DNA of 64,000 nt from an uncultured Bacteroidales bacterium. GTDB lineage: Bacteria; Bacteroidota; Bacteroidia; Bacteroidales; ML635J-15. Where the stretch lies: assembly GCA_964511665.1 (NCBI GenBank), contig CAZEHA010000003.1, positions 45,880-109,879 on the forward strand, in the 5' to 3' direction. The notes below the pieces were generated by a model, which ran no database searches, was not told the DNA's origin, and saw only the letters and a program-made list of their open reading frames with translations. Below, piece by piece: positions 27,590 through 37,280 of the stretch; position 1 is the first letter of the stretch; each line of letters begins with the position of its first letter. The position numbers and the translations under genes were made by a program.

Positions 27590-27673
27590 GTATTTATTCG
27601 TTATAAGTGCTGTTATATCTATTTGAAACAATGTGTCGCGAATTTGGTTTTTTGAAAAACAGATATATTTTAT

Positions 27674-27681
27674 TACCTTTG
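27674..27681 (+). promoter_or_regulatory. -7 box for the glgA-like / DUF4270 / glmS unit
   Basis: TACCTTTG lies 38 nt upstream of ATG 27720. Confidence 0.5.
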
Positions 27682-27719
27682 CAAATTAAATCAAAGCAAC
27701 TTACACATAATTATATGTT

Positions 27720-28526
27720 ATGAGTTTAAAAGTTCTATATGTTTCTCAGGAAATCACTCCTTATTTCCCGGAAACCGAAATATCGGTTGTTAGCCGATAT
27801 CTTCCGCAGGGCATACAGGAGCAAGGCCGCGAAATCAGAACTTTTATGCCGAAGTATGGTTGCATCAACGAACGTCGCAATCAGTTGCACGAAGTTATCA
27901 GGCTAAGTGGAATGAACCTTGTGATTGACGACACCGACCATCCTTTGATAATAAAAGTAGCATCGATTCAACCCGCAAGAATGCAGGTATATTTTATCGA
28001 TAATGATGATTTCTTTGGCAGAAAGTTCGCACTAAAAGATAAAAAAGGTATTGGTTTTCCCGACAACGACGAGAGAGCCATTTTTTATGCGCGGGGAGTT
28101 ATCGAAACTGTTAAAAAGCTTTGCTGGGCTCCCGACCTAATTCATTGTCACGGGTGGTTTTCGGGTTTGGTACCATTCTTCATCCGCAAAACTTACGGCG
28201 ACGACCCTCTTTTTGCTGACCTAAAAATTATCTATTCGGTATATAACAGCGATTTTAAGAAAAACCTGAGTGCCGATTTTGTAAAAAAACTGTCGGGCAA
28301 CGAAGTGCAACCCGAAGATATAGCCATAGTTGAAGAATCGAATTTTGTGAATTTTAATAAATTAATCATTGACAATTCCGATGCTTTGATATACGGGAGC
28401 AAAGAGATTCACCCTGAAATTGATGATTATATAAAATCTTCGAAAAAACCCTTTATGGAGTACCAGGGGCCCGACGACTACATTTATGCCTATAACAAGT
28501 TTTACGATTCAGTTACCCGCAAATAA
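27720..28526 (+). CDS. Half-size glycogen/starch-synthase-like protein (GT5 N-terminal domain only)
   Basis: 268 aa with KVLYVSQEITPYFPE...MPKYG...IHCHGWFSG. This resembles only the N-terminal half of GlgA, and the canonical K-x-G-G-L motif is not visible. Confidence 0.65.
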   Translation: MSLKVLYVSQEITPYFPETEISVVSRYLPQGIQEQGREIRTFMPKYGCINERRNQLHEVIRLSGMNLVIDDTDHPLIIKVASIQPARMQVYFIDNDDFFGRKFALKDKKGIGFPDNDERAIFYARGVIETVKKLCWAPDLIHCHGWFSGLVPFFIRKTYGDDPLFADLKIIYSVYNSDFKKNLSADFVKKLSGNEVQPEDIAIVEESNFVNFNKLIIDNSDALIYGSKEIHPEIDDYIKSSKKPFMEYQGPDDYIYAYNKFYDSVTRK

Positions 28527-28537
28527 AACATAACTAT

Positions 28538-29830
28538 ATGTTTATTAATCACTTTCGTTTTCTTTTTTTCTTAAAAAAACAGACTATTCGCTTATTCTTA
28601 ATATCGGGAATAGTGATAAGCATACTATCGTGCGACAGGGAACCCGGTGAAATTGGATTAAACCTGCAACCCGGCTCCGACAGGATGGATTTATTTATTG
28701 ATACGCTGAGCGTAGAATCATATACCATGCTCGACGATTCAATTGCATCCGACGAAAGAACACTAAGCCCTCTCGGTTCGTATGTTGATCCTATTTTTGG
28801 ATTTGCCAAGGCCGACTTCTTTACCCATGTAAGGCTTTCGAGTGCCAATGTAAATTTTGCTGATGCAGGAGTTAATGCCGACTCTTTGGTTTTGCACCTT
28901 CAGTATTCAGGCTATTACGGTAATTTGGGAACTTCTCAAAAAATTAAGGTGTATCGTGTGCGGAACAAAAAGATATACACCGATTCGGTGTATTATTCAT
29001 CGCACCGGTTTGATGCTGTCGATCTTGAGGAACTTGCTGTTTACGATTTTGAGCCTGATGAGAACGACAGTATAGTAAACATTCACATGCCCAACAGTCT
29101 TTTGGCAGAATTAACCAATTCAAACAATGCCAATTACTTTAGCAGTAACGATAATTTCATCGACTTTTTCAGAGGTTTATATATTACTACCGATGCAGTA
29201 AATGCCGACGGTGCCGTTTATTATTTCAACCTATTGTCGGCAAATTCGAAAATGACTCTCTACTACAACGACAGTTTAAGCTTCAATTTTTTAATAAATG
29301 CTGCCTGTGCGCGCATCAACATGTTCGAGCACGACTACAGCCTTGCTTCTACAGATTTAGTAAACACCATCGACAATTTCAACGCTCCCAATGACATTAG
29401 CTATCTACAATCGTTGGGCGGGCTCAAAGTAAAACTGTTCGTAAATGACCTCGATGGTCTCGACACACTAAGGTTTGCCATAAATAAAGCAGAGCTTCAG
29501 ATTACCGTAAATCAGGAATTTATGGGTCAGTTTGATCCGCCTGAAAACTTAACTCTTGTTGCTATTAATGAAGACGGTCTCAACGAATTCTTAACCGATT
29601 ACAAAATTAATTTATCGTATTTCGGAGGGAAACTCAGCAAAACAAGCTACACCTACACATTCAACATTCCTTTTCATATTCAGGAATTAATTACGCATCA
29701 GGAACGGCTCGACAACGGGATATTTTTATTCCCGCTCGACAACAGAACAAATGCTTCGAGAACTGCGATCTACGGTGGTAATCACCCACAGTATTCAATG
29801 AAAATAATAATTATGTATTCAAAATTTTAA
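28538..29830 (+). CDS. DUF4270-like lipoprotein
   Basis: 430 aa with the lipobox ILSC. It sits between the glgA-like gene and glmS, as in the conserved Bacteroidota arrangement I recall. Confidence 0.55.
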   Translation: MFINHFRFLFFLKKQTIRLFLISGIVISILSCDREPGEIGLNLQPGSDRMDLFIDTLSVESYTMLDDSIASDERTLSPLGSYVDPIFGFAKADFFTHVRLSSANVNFADAGVNADSLVLHLQYSGYYGNLGTSQKIKVYRVRNKKIYTDSVYYSSHRFDAVDLEELAVYDFEPDENDSIVNIHMPNSLLAELTNSNNANYFSSNDNFIDFFRGLYITTDAVNADGAVYYFNLLSANSKMTLYYNDSLSFNFLINAACARINMFEHDYSLASTDLVNTIDNFNAPNDISYLQSLGGLKVKLFVNDLDGLDTLRFAINKAELQITVNQEFMGQFDPPENLTLVAINEDGLNEFLTDYKINLSYFGGKLSKTSYTYTFNIPFHIQELITHQERLDNGIFLFPLDNRTNASRTAIYGGNHPQYSMKIIIMYSKF

Positions 29831-29834
29831 GCCT

Positions 29835-31670
29835 ATGTGTGGTATTGTCGGATATTATGGATACAGAGATGCTTACCCCATTTTAATAAAAGGACTCAAG
29901 CGCCTTGAGTACAGGGGTTACGATTCGGCCGGAATTGCACTGCTGAACAGTAAAACACGTATTTACAAATGCAAGGGGAAAGTATCTGACCTTGAAGATG
30001 TTGTTGCAAATCAGGATATTTCGGGGCATATTGGAATGGGGCACACCCGCTGGGCTACTCACGGTGAGCCCAACGATGTAAATGCACATCCCCACCTTTC
30101 GATGAACAAACTATTTGTGGTTATTCACAATGGCATCATCGAAAACTACAACACACTGCGCAGCGAACTAGAAAACGAAGGATATGTGTTTATAAGCGAA
30201 ACCGACACCGAGGTTCTGGCCAACCTGATAGAATACGTGTACAATACACATAGTGTAAAACCCGAAGAAGCAGTGCGACTGGCCCTGACAAAAGTAATAG
30301 GCGCATACGGAATTCTTGTTGCCCATACCCAAGAGGCCGACCAGATAATTGCCGCCCGAAAAGGAAGTCCTCTGGTGATAGGGAAAGGCGAAAGAGAATA
30401 TTTTTTTGCATCAGATGCAACTCCCATAATCGAATACACAAACAGTGTTATTTATTTAAACGACGACGACATTGCCATTGTGAACAAAACGGGACTTCAT
30501 TTAAAGAACATTAGCAACATTACCAAAAAACCCGAAATTCAAAAAATAGAATTAGAAATTGCCGACATCGAGAAGTCGGGTTTTGAACATTATATGCTCA
30601 AAGAAATATTTGAGCAACCCCAGTCGGTAACCGATACTTGCAGGGGACGATTGAACTATTACGACCGATCGCTGAAATTGGGGGGATTGCATGCCGTTAG
30701 CAAAAAACTGATAGAAGCCGACCGTGTGATAATTGTTGCCTGTGGCACCAGTTGGCACGCTGCATTGGTAGGAGAATATCTTTTCGAAGAGTTTGCCCGC
30801 ATACCTGTTGAAGTAGAATATGCATCTGAATTTCGCTATCGCAATCCGATAATTCATAAAAACGATGTGGTGATAGCTATTAGTCAAAGTGGAGAAACTG
30901 CCGATACTCTGGCAGCCATACGATTGGCTAAAGAATCGGGTGCTCTCGTTTTAGGCATTTGCAATGTGGTCGGTTCAAGTATTCCCCGCGAAACTCACGC
31001 CGGAGTATATACACATGCCGGTCCCGAAATAGGAGTTGCCAGCACAAAAGCGTTCACAGCACAGGTAGCTGTACTCATTATGATGTCGATGCTTGTTGGC
31101 AAAGAGAACAAAAGCTTAACGTCGAGTGAATATGACGAGTTGATCGAAGAACTATATCGAATTCCCGCCAAAATTGAAATGGTGCTTGAAAAAGCCGAAG
31201 AGATAAAACAAATTGCTTCTCAAATAAAAGATGCGCCGAATGCATTGTATTTGGGTCGGGGGTTTTTGTTTCCTGTTGCTCTCGAAGGTGCCTTAAAACT
31301 TAAAGAGATATCGTATATTCATGCCGAAGGTTACCCTGCAGCTGAGATGAAACACGGCCCAATTGCCCTTATCGACGAAAAGATGCCGATTATTGTGTTG
31401 GCCACCAAAGACAAGTCGTACGATAAAATTGTCAGCAATATTCAGGAGGTTAAGGCACGCAAAGGCATTGTGATTGCTGTGGTTACCGAAGGAGATACAA
31501 CCATTAGAGAAATGTCGGATTATGTAATTGAGGTTCCCGAAACCGATTATGCACTGGCACCATTAATTACTGTTATTCCCCTGCAACTGCTTTCGTACTA
31601 CGTTGCAGTAATGCGCGGATGCAATGTTGACCAGCCTCGTAATCTCGCAAAATCGGTAACCGTAGAATAG
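29835..31670 (+). CDS. glmS: Glutamine--fructose-6-phosphate aminotransferase
   Basis: N-terminal nucleophile MCGIVGY, two SIS domains and the C-terminal ...NLAKSVTVE. Confidence 0.97.
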   Translation: MCGIVGYYGYRDAYPILIKGLKRLEYRGYDSAGIALLNSKTRIYKCKGKVSDLEDVVANQDISGHIGMGHTRWATHGEPNDVNAHPHLSMNKLFVVIHNGIIENYNTLRSELENEGYVFISETDTEVLANLIEYVYNTHSVKPEEAVRLALTKVIGAYGILVAHTQEADQIIAARKGSPLVIGKGEREYFFASDATPIIEYTNSVIYLNDDDIAIVNKTGLHLKNISNITKKPEIQKIELEIADIEKSGFEHYMLKEIFEQPQSVTDTCRGRLNYYDRSLKLGGLHAVSKKLIEADRVIIVACGTSWHAALVGEYLFEEFARIPVEVEYASEFRYRNPIIHKNDVVIAISQSGETADTLAAIRLAKESGALVLGICNVVGSSIPRETHAGVYTHAGPEIGVASTKAFTAQVAVLIMMSMLVGKENKSLTSSEYDELIEELYRIPAKIEMVLEKAEEIKQIASQIKDAPNALYLGRGFLFPVALEGALKLKEISYIHAEGYPAAEMKHGPIALIDEKMPIIVLATKDKSYDKIVSNIQEVKARKGIVIAVVTEGDTTIREMSDYVIEVPETDYALAPLITVIPLQLLSYYVAVMRGCNVDQPRNLAKSVTVE

Positions 31671-31737
31671 TTTTTATTTTTTTATAATAATTTGCAATAT
31701 TTGCTGTTTATATAATTACTTGTAAAAACCGAATCTG

Positions 31738-34449
31738 TTGAAAAGAAACATTAAAAATATTGTTGTGCTAATTGTTGCAGTAATTGCGTTTACAAACTGT
31801 TCAACCGAAAAGAACACCACCATGTCGCGCATATATCACAACACCACAACCCACTACAACATATATTTCAACGCACACGAAGCCTATAAAAAGGGTATTA
31901 AACAGGCAGAAACTTCAAACACCGACAACTATGTAAACATCTTGCCCATGTTTGTTATCAGTAAGCCTGAGGCCATTTCATCGATAAGCGGCGACATGGA
32001 CAAATCAATCAAAAAATCGTCGAAAGCCATCAAATATCACTCTATCACGGCCAAACCGAAAACGAAATCGGGAAAAATGAGCGCCAAAGACAAGGAGTTT
32101 TACAATAAGAAAGAGTACAATAAATGGGTTGACGATTGTTACCTGTTAATGGGTAAGGCACATTATGCCCGTCATGATTTTTTACAGGCCAGAACCAATT
32201 TTGAATATGTAATAAGGCAATTTCCAAAAGAAAAAGTAGCCTATGAAGCTAAGATTTGGTTGGCACGAACATTTTCTGAAGGCGAAAAGTTTAAAAGTGC
32301 AAAAGAAATGTTCGATCTGATAGAAGCCGATAAAAAAATGCCCAAAAAGTATTCGGGTGAATTTGCTGCAGCTTACGCCGATTTCTTTATCAAGCAGGAA
32401 GAATACGAAGATGCTATACCCAAGCTTCGTCGCGCCATAAAAGAAACCCGTAAGAAAAAATACCGTGTACGATATAAGTATATTTTAGCACAGCTCTACG
32501 AAGAAACAGGGCAAACGAAACAAGCATCTGACACCTATGCCGAAGTAACCAAAATGAATCCGCCGTATGAAATGGAATTTAATGCACGCATTAATATGGC
32601 AAGGCTTTATAGCGGAGAGGGAGGTAGAGAGGTGAGAAAAAAACTGCGAAAAATGTTGCGCGACGACAAAAACATAGAATACCTCGATCAGATTTACTAT
32701 GCCATTGCCGAAATCGACTATCGCGACGGTAAAACCGACGATGCCATTAAGAACTATCGCTTATCGTCGGAAAAAAGTGTGATGAATAATTTTCAGAAGG
32801 CTATTTCTTGTGAAAAACTCGGCAATATTTATTTTGCCCGCAAAGACTACCAAAATGCACAGGCATACTACGATACCTGCTTAGCAAATCTGCCTTACGA
32901 TTATCGGCATTACAAAGATATACAAGAACTTAGCCGAAACCTCAACGAGCTTGTAGAACACTTGAATATTATTACCCTCGAAGACAGTTTGCACCGCATT
33001 GCAAAGATGCCCGAAAAAGACCGAAACATTCTTATCGACGAAATTATTGCAAAGCTTGTTGAAGAAGAACGTCTTTTGGCTGAGCTTGAACAGGAGCAAC
33101 AAATGAATGCAATGCTTTTTGATCAGCGCAGAGACGGTGGGTACCAAAACCCCAGTGCCCCCAGTGGTGGTAAATGGTATTTTTACAATCCGTCGCAACT
33201 GAGTTTTGGTCGCAACGAATTCACAAAAAAATGGGGAAACCGCAAGAATGAAGATCACTGGCGACGAAAAAACAAAAGTGTTGTTAGTTTCGACTCTGAG
33301 CTTGCAGATGCCGACAGTTTGGATGCTGAAGGAGATGGGCGTAAGCTTTCTAATAACAAAAGCAGAGAATATTACTTACAGGATTTACCTTTGACCGATT
33401 CGTTGATGACTCTCTCGAATGAAAGAATAATTGATGCATTTTTTAATGCAGGCAGGGTTTACAAAGAGAGATTCGAAGACTACGATCAATCGATATTTTG
33501 CTACACGGAATTGAATCGCCGCTACCCGCAAAATGTGTATCTTTTGTTAAGCTATTACAACCTGTATCTTCTAAATCAAATAAAGAACAACAGTGCTGAG
33601 ATGGACAAATATAAAAACCTGATTATAACCAAGTTCCCCGACTCACACTACTCAAACCTACTTCGTAATCCCAATTACATTAAGGAACTGGAAGAAAAAC
33701 GAAAGGCCGATATTAATTTGTACATCCAAACCTATGATGCATATGTTGGTGGCAACTGTAAGATGGTTAACAATAATGTTACATCGTATATTTCGGGTAA
33801 AACCGATGCTGACTTAGCCCCGAAATTCAAATTTTTATCGGTGCTGTGCGTGGGTAAAACCGCCGATGAGAATAGTTTTAAACGATCGTTGCTAACTTTT
33901 ATTTCGGAGCACCCAAAAACAGAGCTGGCTGCTGCCGCCGAAGATATACTTGCCTACTTTGGATCAACCGACATCGAAGAGCTGAGGCGCGATTTGGCTA
34001 CACGACCTCAAATAATTTCTGATGATCAAGACGCTTACGATTATAATGCATCTGACACAGCAGCATTATCAAAAATAGTTTTTAAAGACGACGAAACAGC
34101 GCCTCACTATTATGTTATAGTTGTCAATGCCGACCGCATCGACATAAACCGACTCAGTTTCGAAGTTCGAAATTTCAATATTTTCACTTTCAGTCTGAAA
34201 AACTTTTCGGTAATTAACAGTTTATTCGACAGCAACTATCAAATGGTAGTGGTAAGAACCTTCGACAATAAACGTCAGGCACAGAATTACATGCGAATGA
34301 TAAGCAACAACCCCGACGTATTTGGCAGAATTGAAACCGCCGACTACAAGCAATTTACCATATCGGAAGACAACTATCAAAACTTGAAGAAAACTAAGAA
34401 TATTAATCAATACTTAGATTTTTTCCGACAGTATTACCAGAACAATTAA
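31738..34449 (+). CDS. porW: TPR lipoprotein, probable T9SS component PorW/SprE
   Basis: 903 aa with the lipobox FTNC followed by STEKNT..SRIYHNTTTHYNIYFN, which is the N-terminal pattern I recall for SprE/PorW. It has TPR-like repeats and lies directly upstream of porX. Only a TTG (31738) or CTG start is available after the in-frame stop at 31723. Confidence 0.6.
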   Translation: MKRNIKNIVVLIVAVIAFTNCSTEKNTTMSRIYHNTTTHYNIYFNAHEAYKKGIKQAETSNTDNYVNILPMFVISKPEAISSISGDMDKSIKKSSKAIKYHSITAKPKTKSGKMSAKDKEFYNKKEYNKWVDDCYLLMGKAHYARHDFLQARTNFEYVIRQFPKEKVAYEAKIWLARTFSEGEKFKSAKEMFDLIEADKKMPKKYSGEFAAAYADFFIKQEEYEDAIPKLRRAIKETRKKKYRVRYKYILAQLYEETGQTKQASDTYAEVTKMNPPYEMEFNARINMARLYSGEGGREVRKKLRKMLRDDKNIEYLDQIYYAIAEIDYRDGKTDDAIKNYRLSSEKSVMNNFQKAISCEKLGNIYFARKDYQNAQAYYDTCLANLPYDYRHYKDIQELSRNLNELVEHLNIITLEDSLHRIAKMPEKDRNILIDEIIAKLVEEERLLAELEQEQQMNAMLFDQRRDGGYQNPSAPSGGKWYFYNPSQLSFGRNEFTKKWGNRKNEDHWRRKNKSVVSFDSELADADSLDAEGDGRKLSNNKSREYYLQDLPLTDSLMTLSNERIIDAFFNAGRVYKERFEDYDQSIFCYTELNRRYPQNVYLLLSYYNLYLLNQIKNNSAEMDKYKNLIITKFPDSHYSNLLRNPNYIKELEEKRKADINLYIQTYDAYVGGNCKMVNNNVTSYISGKTDADLAPKFKFLSVLCVGKTADENSFKRSLLTFISEHPKTELAAAAEDILAYFGSTDIEELRRDLATRPQIISDDQDAYDYNASDTAALSKIVFKDDETAPHYYVIVVNADRIDINRLSFEVRNFNIFTFSLKNFSVINSLFDSNYQMVVVRTFDNKRQAQNYMRMISNNPDVFGRIETADYKQFTISEDNYQNLKKTKNINQYLDFFRQYYQNN

Positions 34450-34504
34450 ATAAGCCTGCTGTTGGTTACATATATACGTATTTGTATTTATTAAACTTTG
34501 ACTT

Positions 34505-36064
34505 ATGAAGAAAATTAGTATTCTGTGGGTTGATGATGAAATTGATTTGCTGAAGCCTCATATTTTATTTCTGGAGCAGAAAGGCTACGACATTAATACT
34601 GCCAGCAACGGACATGATGCCATTGACAAGGCACAGCTACAAGAATTCGATTTGTTTTTTCTTGATGAAAACATGCCCGGACTCAGCGGGCTCGAAACCT
34701 TAAATAAACTGAAAGAGATTCAACCTCTCACTCCGGTAATAATGATTACTAAGAGCGAAGAAGAAAACATAATGGACAATGCCATTGGTTTGAAAATTAA
34801 CGACTACCTTATAAAACCGGTGAATCCTAACCAGATATTATTGTCGATAAAGAAGAATATCGACCATAAGCGATTGATAACAGAAAAAACTACTCAGGCA
34901 TATCAATCGGCATTTACCCGGCTGGGTATGGAGATAAACGATTCGCTCACTGCTCACGATTGGATAAATGTTTATAAGAAATTGGTGCATTGGGAACTGG
35001 AATTATCGCAATCGGAAGATGCCGGTATGGACGAAGTTCTCAAGATGCAAAAAGCAGAAGCCAACGCTGCTTTCACTAAATTCATAAAAAAGAACTATGC
35101 CGGGTGGTTTAGTCGGGAACCTGAAAACAAACCCATTCTGTCGCCCAGCTTACTCCGCGAAAAAGTTTTTCCGATATTAAACAAGGGTGAAAAAGTCTTT
35201 TTGCTTGTAATCGATAACCTGAGATTCGATCAGTGGAAGGTGATACAACCCGAAATCAATTCGTATTTCAGAACCGATAATGAAGACCTGTACTATTCAA
35301 TTATACCCACTGCCACGCAATATTCGCGCAATGCATTGTTTAGTGGACTGATGCCATCGGAAATTGACAAATTATATCCGGAGCTTTGGAAAAACGATGA
35401 AGATGAAGGCGGAAAAAATTTGTATGAAGAAGATATGTTGAAAAATCAGTTACGAAAATTCAATATATCCGACAACATATTCTTCGATAAAATTTTGGAT
35501 GTAAAAAACATTAAGAAAGCCCACGAGCGACTTCACGAAATAGTGAACTCGAACCAAATGATGGTAATGATTGTGAATTTTGTCGATTATCTATCGCATG
35601 CCCGAACCGATCAAAAAATGATTAAGGAACTAGCCAGCAACGAAACAGCATACCGATCGATTACAAAATCGTGGTTTAAACATTCGCTGCTGCTCGACCT
35701 GCTAAAATCGTTGGCAGAATTCGATGTACGTTTAATTGTTACCACCGACCATGGAACCATCAGAGTTCAGGATGCCATTAAAGTTGTTGGAGAAAGAAAT
35801 ACCACAACCAACTTGCGCTACAAGCAAGGACGCAACTTGAAATACAATCAGAAAGAGGTATTTGAAGTTACTCGACCTGAATCGATATATTTACCTCGCA
35901 CAAACTTAAGCTCAACCTATATTTTTGCTACCGGCAGCGATTTCTTCGCTTATCACAACAACTACAATCATTATGTAAAGTATTACCGCGATAGTTTTCA
36001 ACATGGTGGCATATCGCTCGAAGAGATGCTAATTCCAATAATCCAGTTAAGTCCCAGGAGGTAA
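34505..36064 (+). CDS. porX: PorX: response-regulator receiver fused to a PglZ/alkaline-phosphatase-superfamily domain
   Basis: Receiver domain (ILWVDDEIDLL...FFLDENMPGLSG...LIKP) followed by a roughly 380-aa PglZ-like domain (LLVIDNLRFDQW...TTDHG). Confidence 0.85.
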   Translation: MKKISILWVDDEIDLLKPHILFLEQKGYDINTASNGHDAIDKAQLQEFDLFFLDENMPGLSGLETLNKLKEIQPLTPVIMITKSEEENIMDNAIGLKINDYLIKPVNPNQILLSIKKNIDHKRLITEKTTQAYQSAFTRLGMEINDSLTAHDWINVYKKLVHWELELSQSEDAGMDEVLKMQKAEANAAFTKFIKKNYAGWFSREPENKPILSPSLLREKVFPILNKGEKVFLLVIDNLRFDQWKVIQPEINSYFRTDNEDLYYSIIPTATQYSRNALFSGLMPSEIDKLYPELWKNDEDEGGKNLYEEDMLKNQLRKFNISDNIFFDKILDVKNIKKAHERLHEIVNSNQMMVMIVNFVDYLSHARTDQKMIKELASNETAYRSITKSWFKHSLLLDLLKSLAEFDVRLIVTTDHGTIRVQDAIKVVGERNTTTNLRYKQGRNLKYNQKEVFEVTRPESIYLPRTNLSSTYIFATGSDFFAYHNNYNHYVKYYRDSFQHGGISLEEMLIPIIQLSPRR

Positions 36065-36477
36065 TGCCAACAATTAGCTTTCGAAATCTTGACGAGTTGC
36101 ACACAGTGGCTGCCAATTTTTTACAGCAGACCAAAGGCAATTTTATGTTTTCGTTTACGGGTGACTTAGGTGCCGGAAAAACCACCTTTATTAAAGCACT
36201 GTGTAAGCATCTTGCAGTAGTAGATAATGTGACCAGTCCGAGCTTTTCGATAGTAAACCATTATTTTTCTCCGCTGCATGGCAGTGTGTATCATTTCGAC
36301 TTTTACCGTATTAAAAGTATCTCAGAACTGTACGACATCGGCATTGAAGAATACTTCAATGAACAAACTTATATATTTGCCGAATGGCCTCAGAAAGCAG
36401 CAGGCTTACTCCCCAACAACATGATTCAGGTGGCAATTACTGTAAATGCCGACAATTCGCGCTTGTTACACTGGTAA
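36064..36477 (+). CDS. tsaE: tRNA t6A37 biosynthesis protein TsaE
   Basis: 137 aa with the P-loop GDLGAGKTTF and an SPSF..V..Y...H.DFYR pattern. The ATG overlaps the porX stop (TAATG). Confidence 0.9.
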   Translation: MPTISFRNLDELHTVAANFLQQTKGNFMFSFTGDLGAGKTTFIKALCKHLAVVDNVTSPSFSIVNHYFSPLHGSVYHFDFYRIKSISELYDIGIEEYFNEQTYIFAEWPQKAAGLLPNNMIQVAITVNADNSRLLHW

Positions 36478-37095
36478 ATTATGCCGTTCGAAAAATGCGG
36501 GTAAAGATGGACCATCGTAGAGCATTGCCGACCATCCGCACGATTCTGCGGCCTTACAATTGGCCCATACATCATCAATAAAAAGTGTCTCATCAGGCTG
36601 TATTGCCGATAACTCCTCCAGCTTTCTGAATATGGCTTCGTCGGGTTTACGCAACCCCAGATTATGCGACAGAAACATGCCATCGACCAGTGAGCCCAAA
36701 CCGGGAATACCGTACATTTCGATTATATCGTTGTTGTATTTTCGGTAGTGTATCGAATTGGTATTACTCAAAATGAAACAACGATAACGTGAACGTATTC
36801 TCACAAGAAAAGCAATGTTTTCGGGGCGGAATTCTAAAATTAATGCATTCCATGCCCGATAAATTTCATTGTTGGAGATCTGTAAACCGGTAATTTTTCT
36901 TATTGATTCACAGAAGTCTTCATCGTTGATTTCTCCCTTTTCGAGCGCATCAAAAACGGCAAGCTGATTTTGAAGCGTGTACATCTGAGAGAAACTGTTA
37001 AAACCCAATTTATCAAAAGCATTTACCGATAACTGAGGGTCGATATCGAGGATTACATTACCCAAATCAAAAACAATATTCCTATAAATTTGCAT
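36466..37095 (-). CDS. HAD-superfamily hydrolase (subfamily IA-like)
   Basis: Motif I VFDLGNV, SNT and a C-terminal FIDD. The 3' end overlaps the 3' end of tsaE by 12 nt in a convergent arrangement. Confidence 0.7.
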   Translation of the reverse strand: MQIYRNIVFDLGNVILDIDPQLSVNAFDKLGFNSFSQMYTLQNQLAVFDALEKGEINDEDFCESIRKITGLQISNNEIYRAWNALILEFRPENIAFLVRIRSRYRCFILSNTNSIHYRKYNNDIIEMYGIPGLGSLVDGMFLSHNLGLRKPDEAIFRKLEELSAIQPDETLFIDDVWANCKAAESCGWSAMLYDGPSLPAFFERHNLPV

Positions 37096-37121
37096 ATATT
37101 TTTAAATGAAGCTAAAAACGA

Positions 37122-37129
37122 CAAAAATA
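37122..37129 (-). promoter_or_regulatory. -7 box for the HAD hydrolase gene
   Basis: TATTTTTG on the minus strand, 26 nt upstream of ATG 37095. Confidence 0.4.
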
Positions 37130-37280
37130 CATTTTTATCTTCAACAGCAATACAATTCAAGAATCTGTAGGAAACGCATTTTTTATTTTTTCTGTGGTAA
37201 TCAGCAGAACTAATGCAAAAAGTATAAAATTAGAAACCCGACAATCAAAAATTCGTAAACATTATTTTAAGATTTCAGGT

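Noticed and set aside
31681-31710. A -7 promoter box for porW in TAATTTGCAATATTTGC.
   Set aside because: Both TTTG-containing strings have the wrong spacing for TAnnTTTG (TAATTTG and TATTTG), so I did not report a promoter there.
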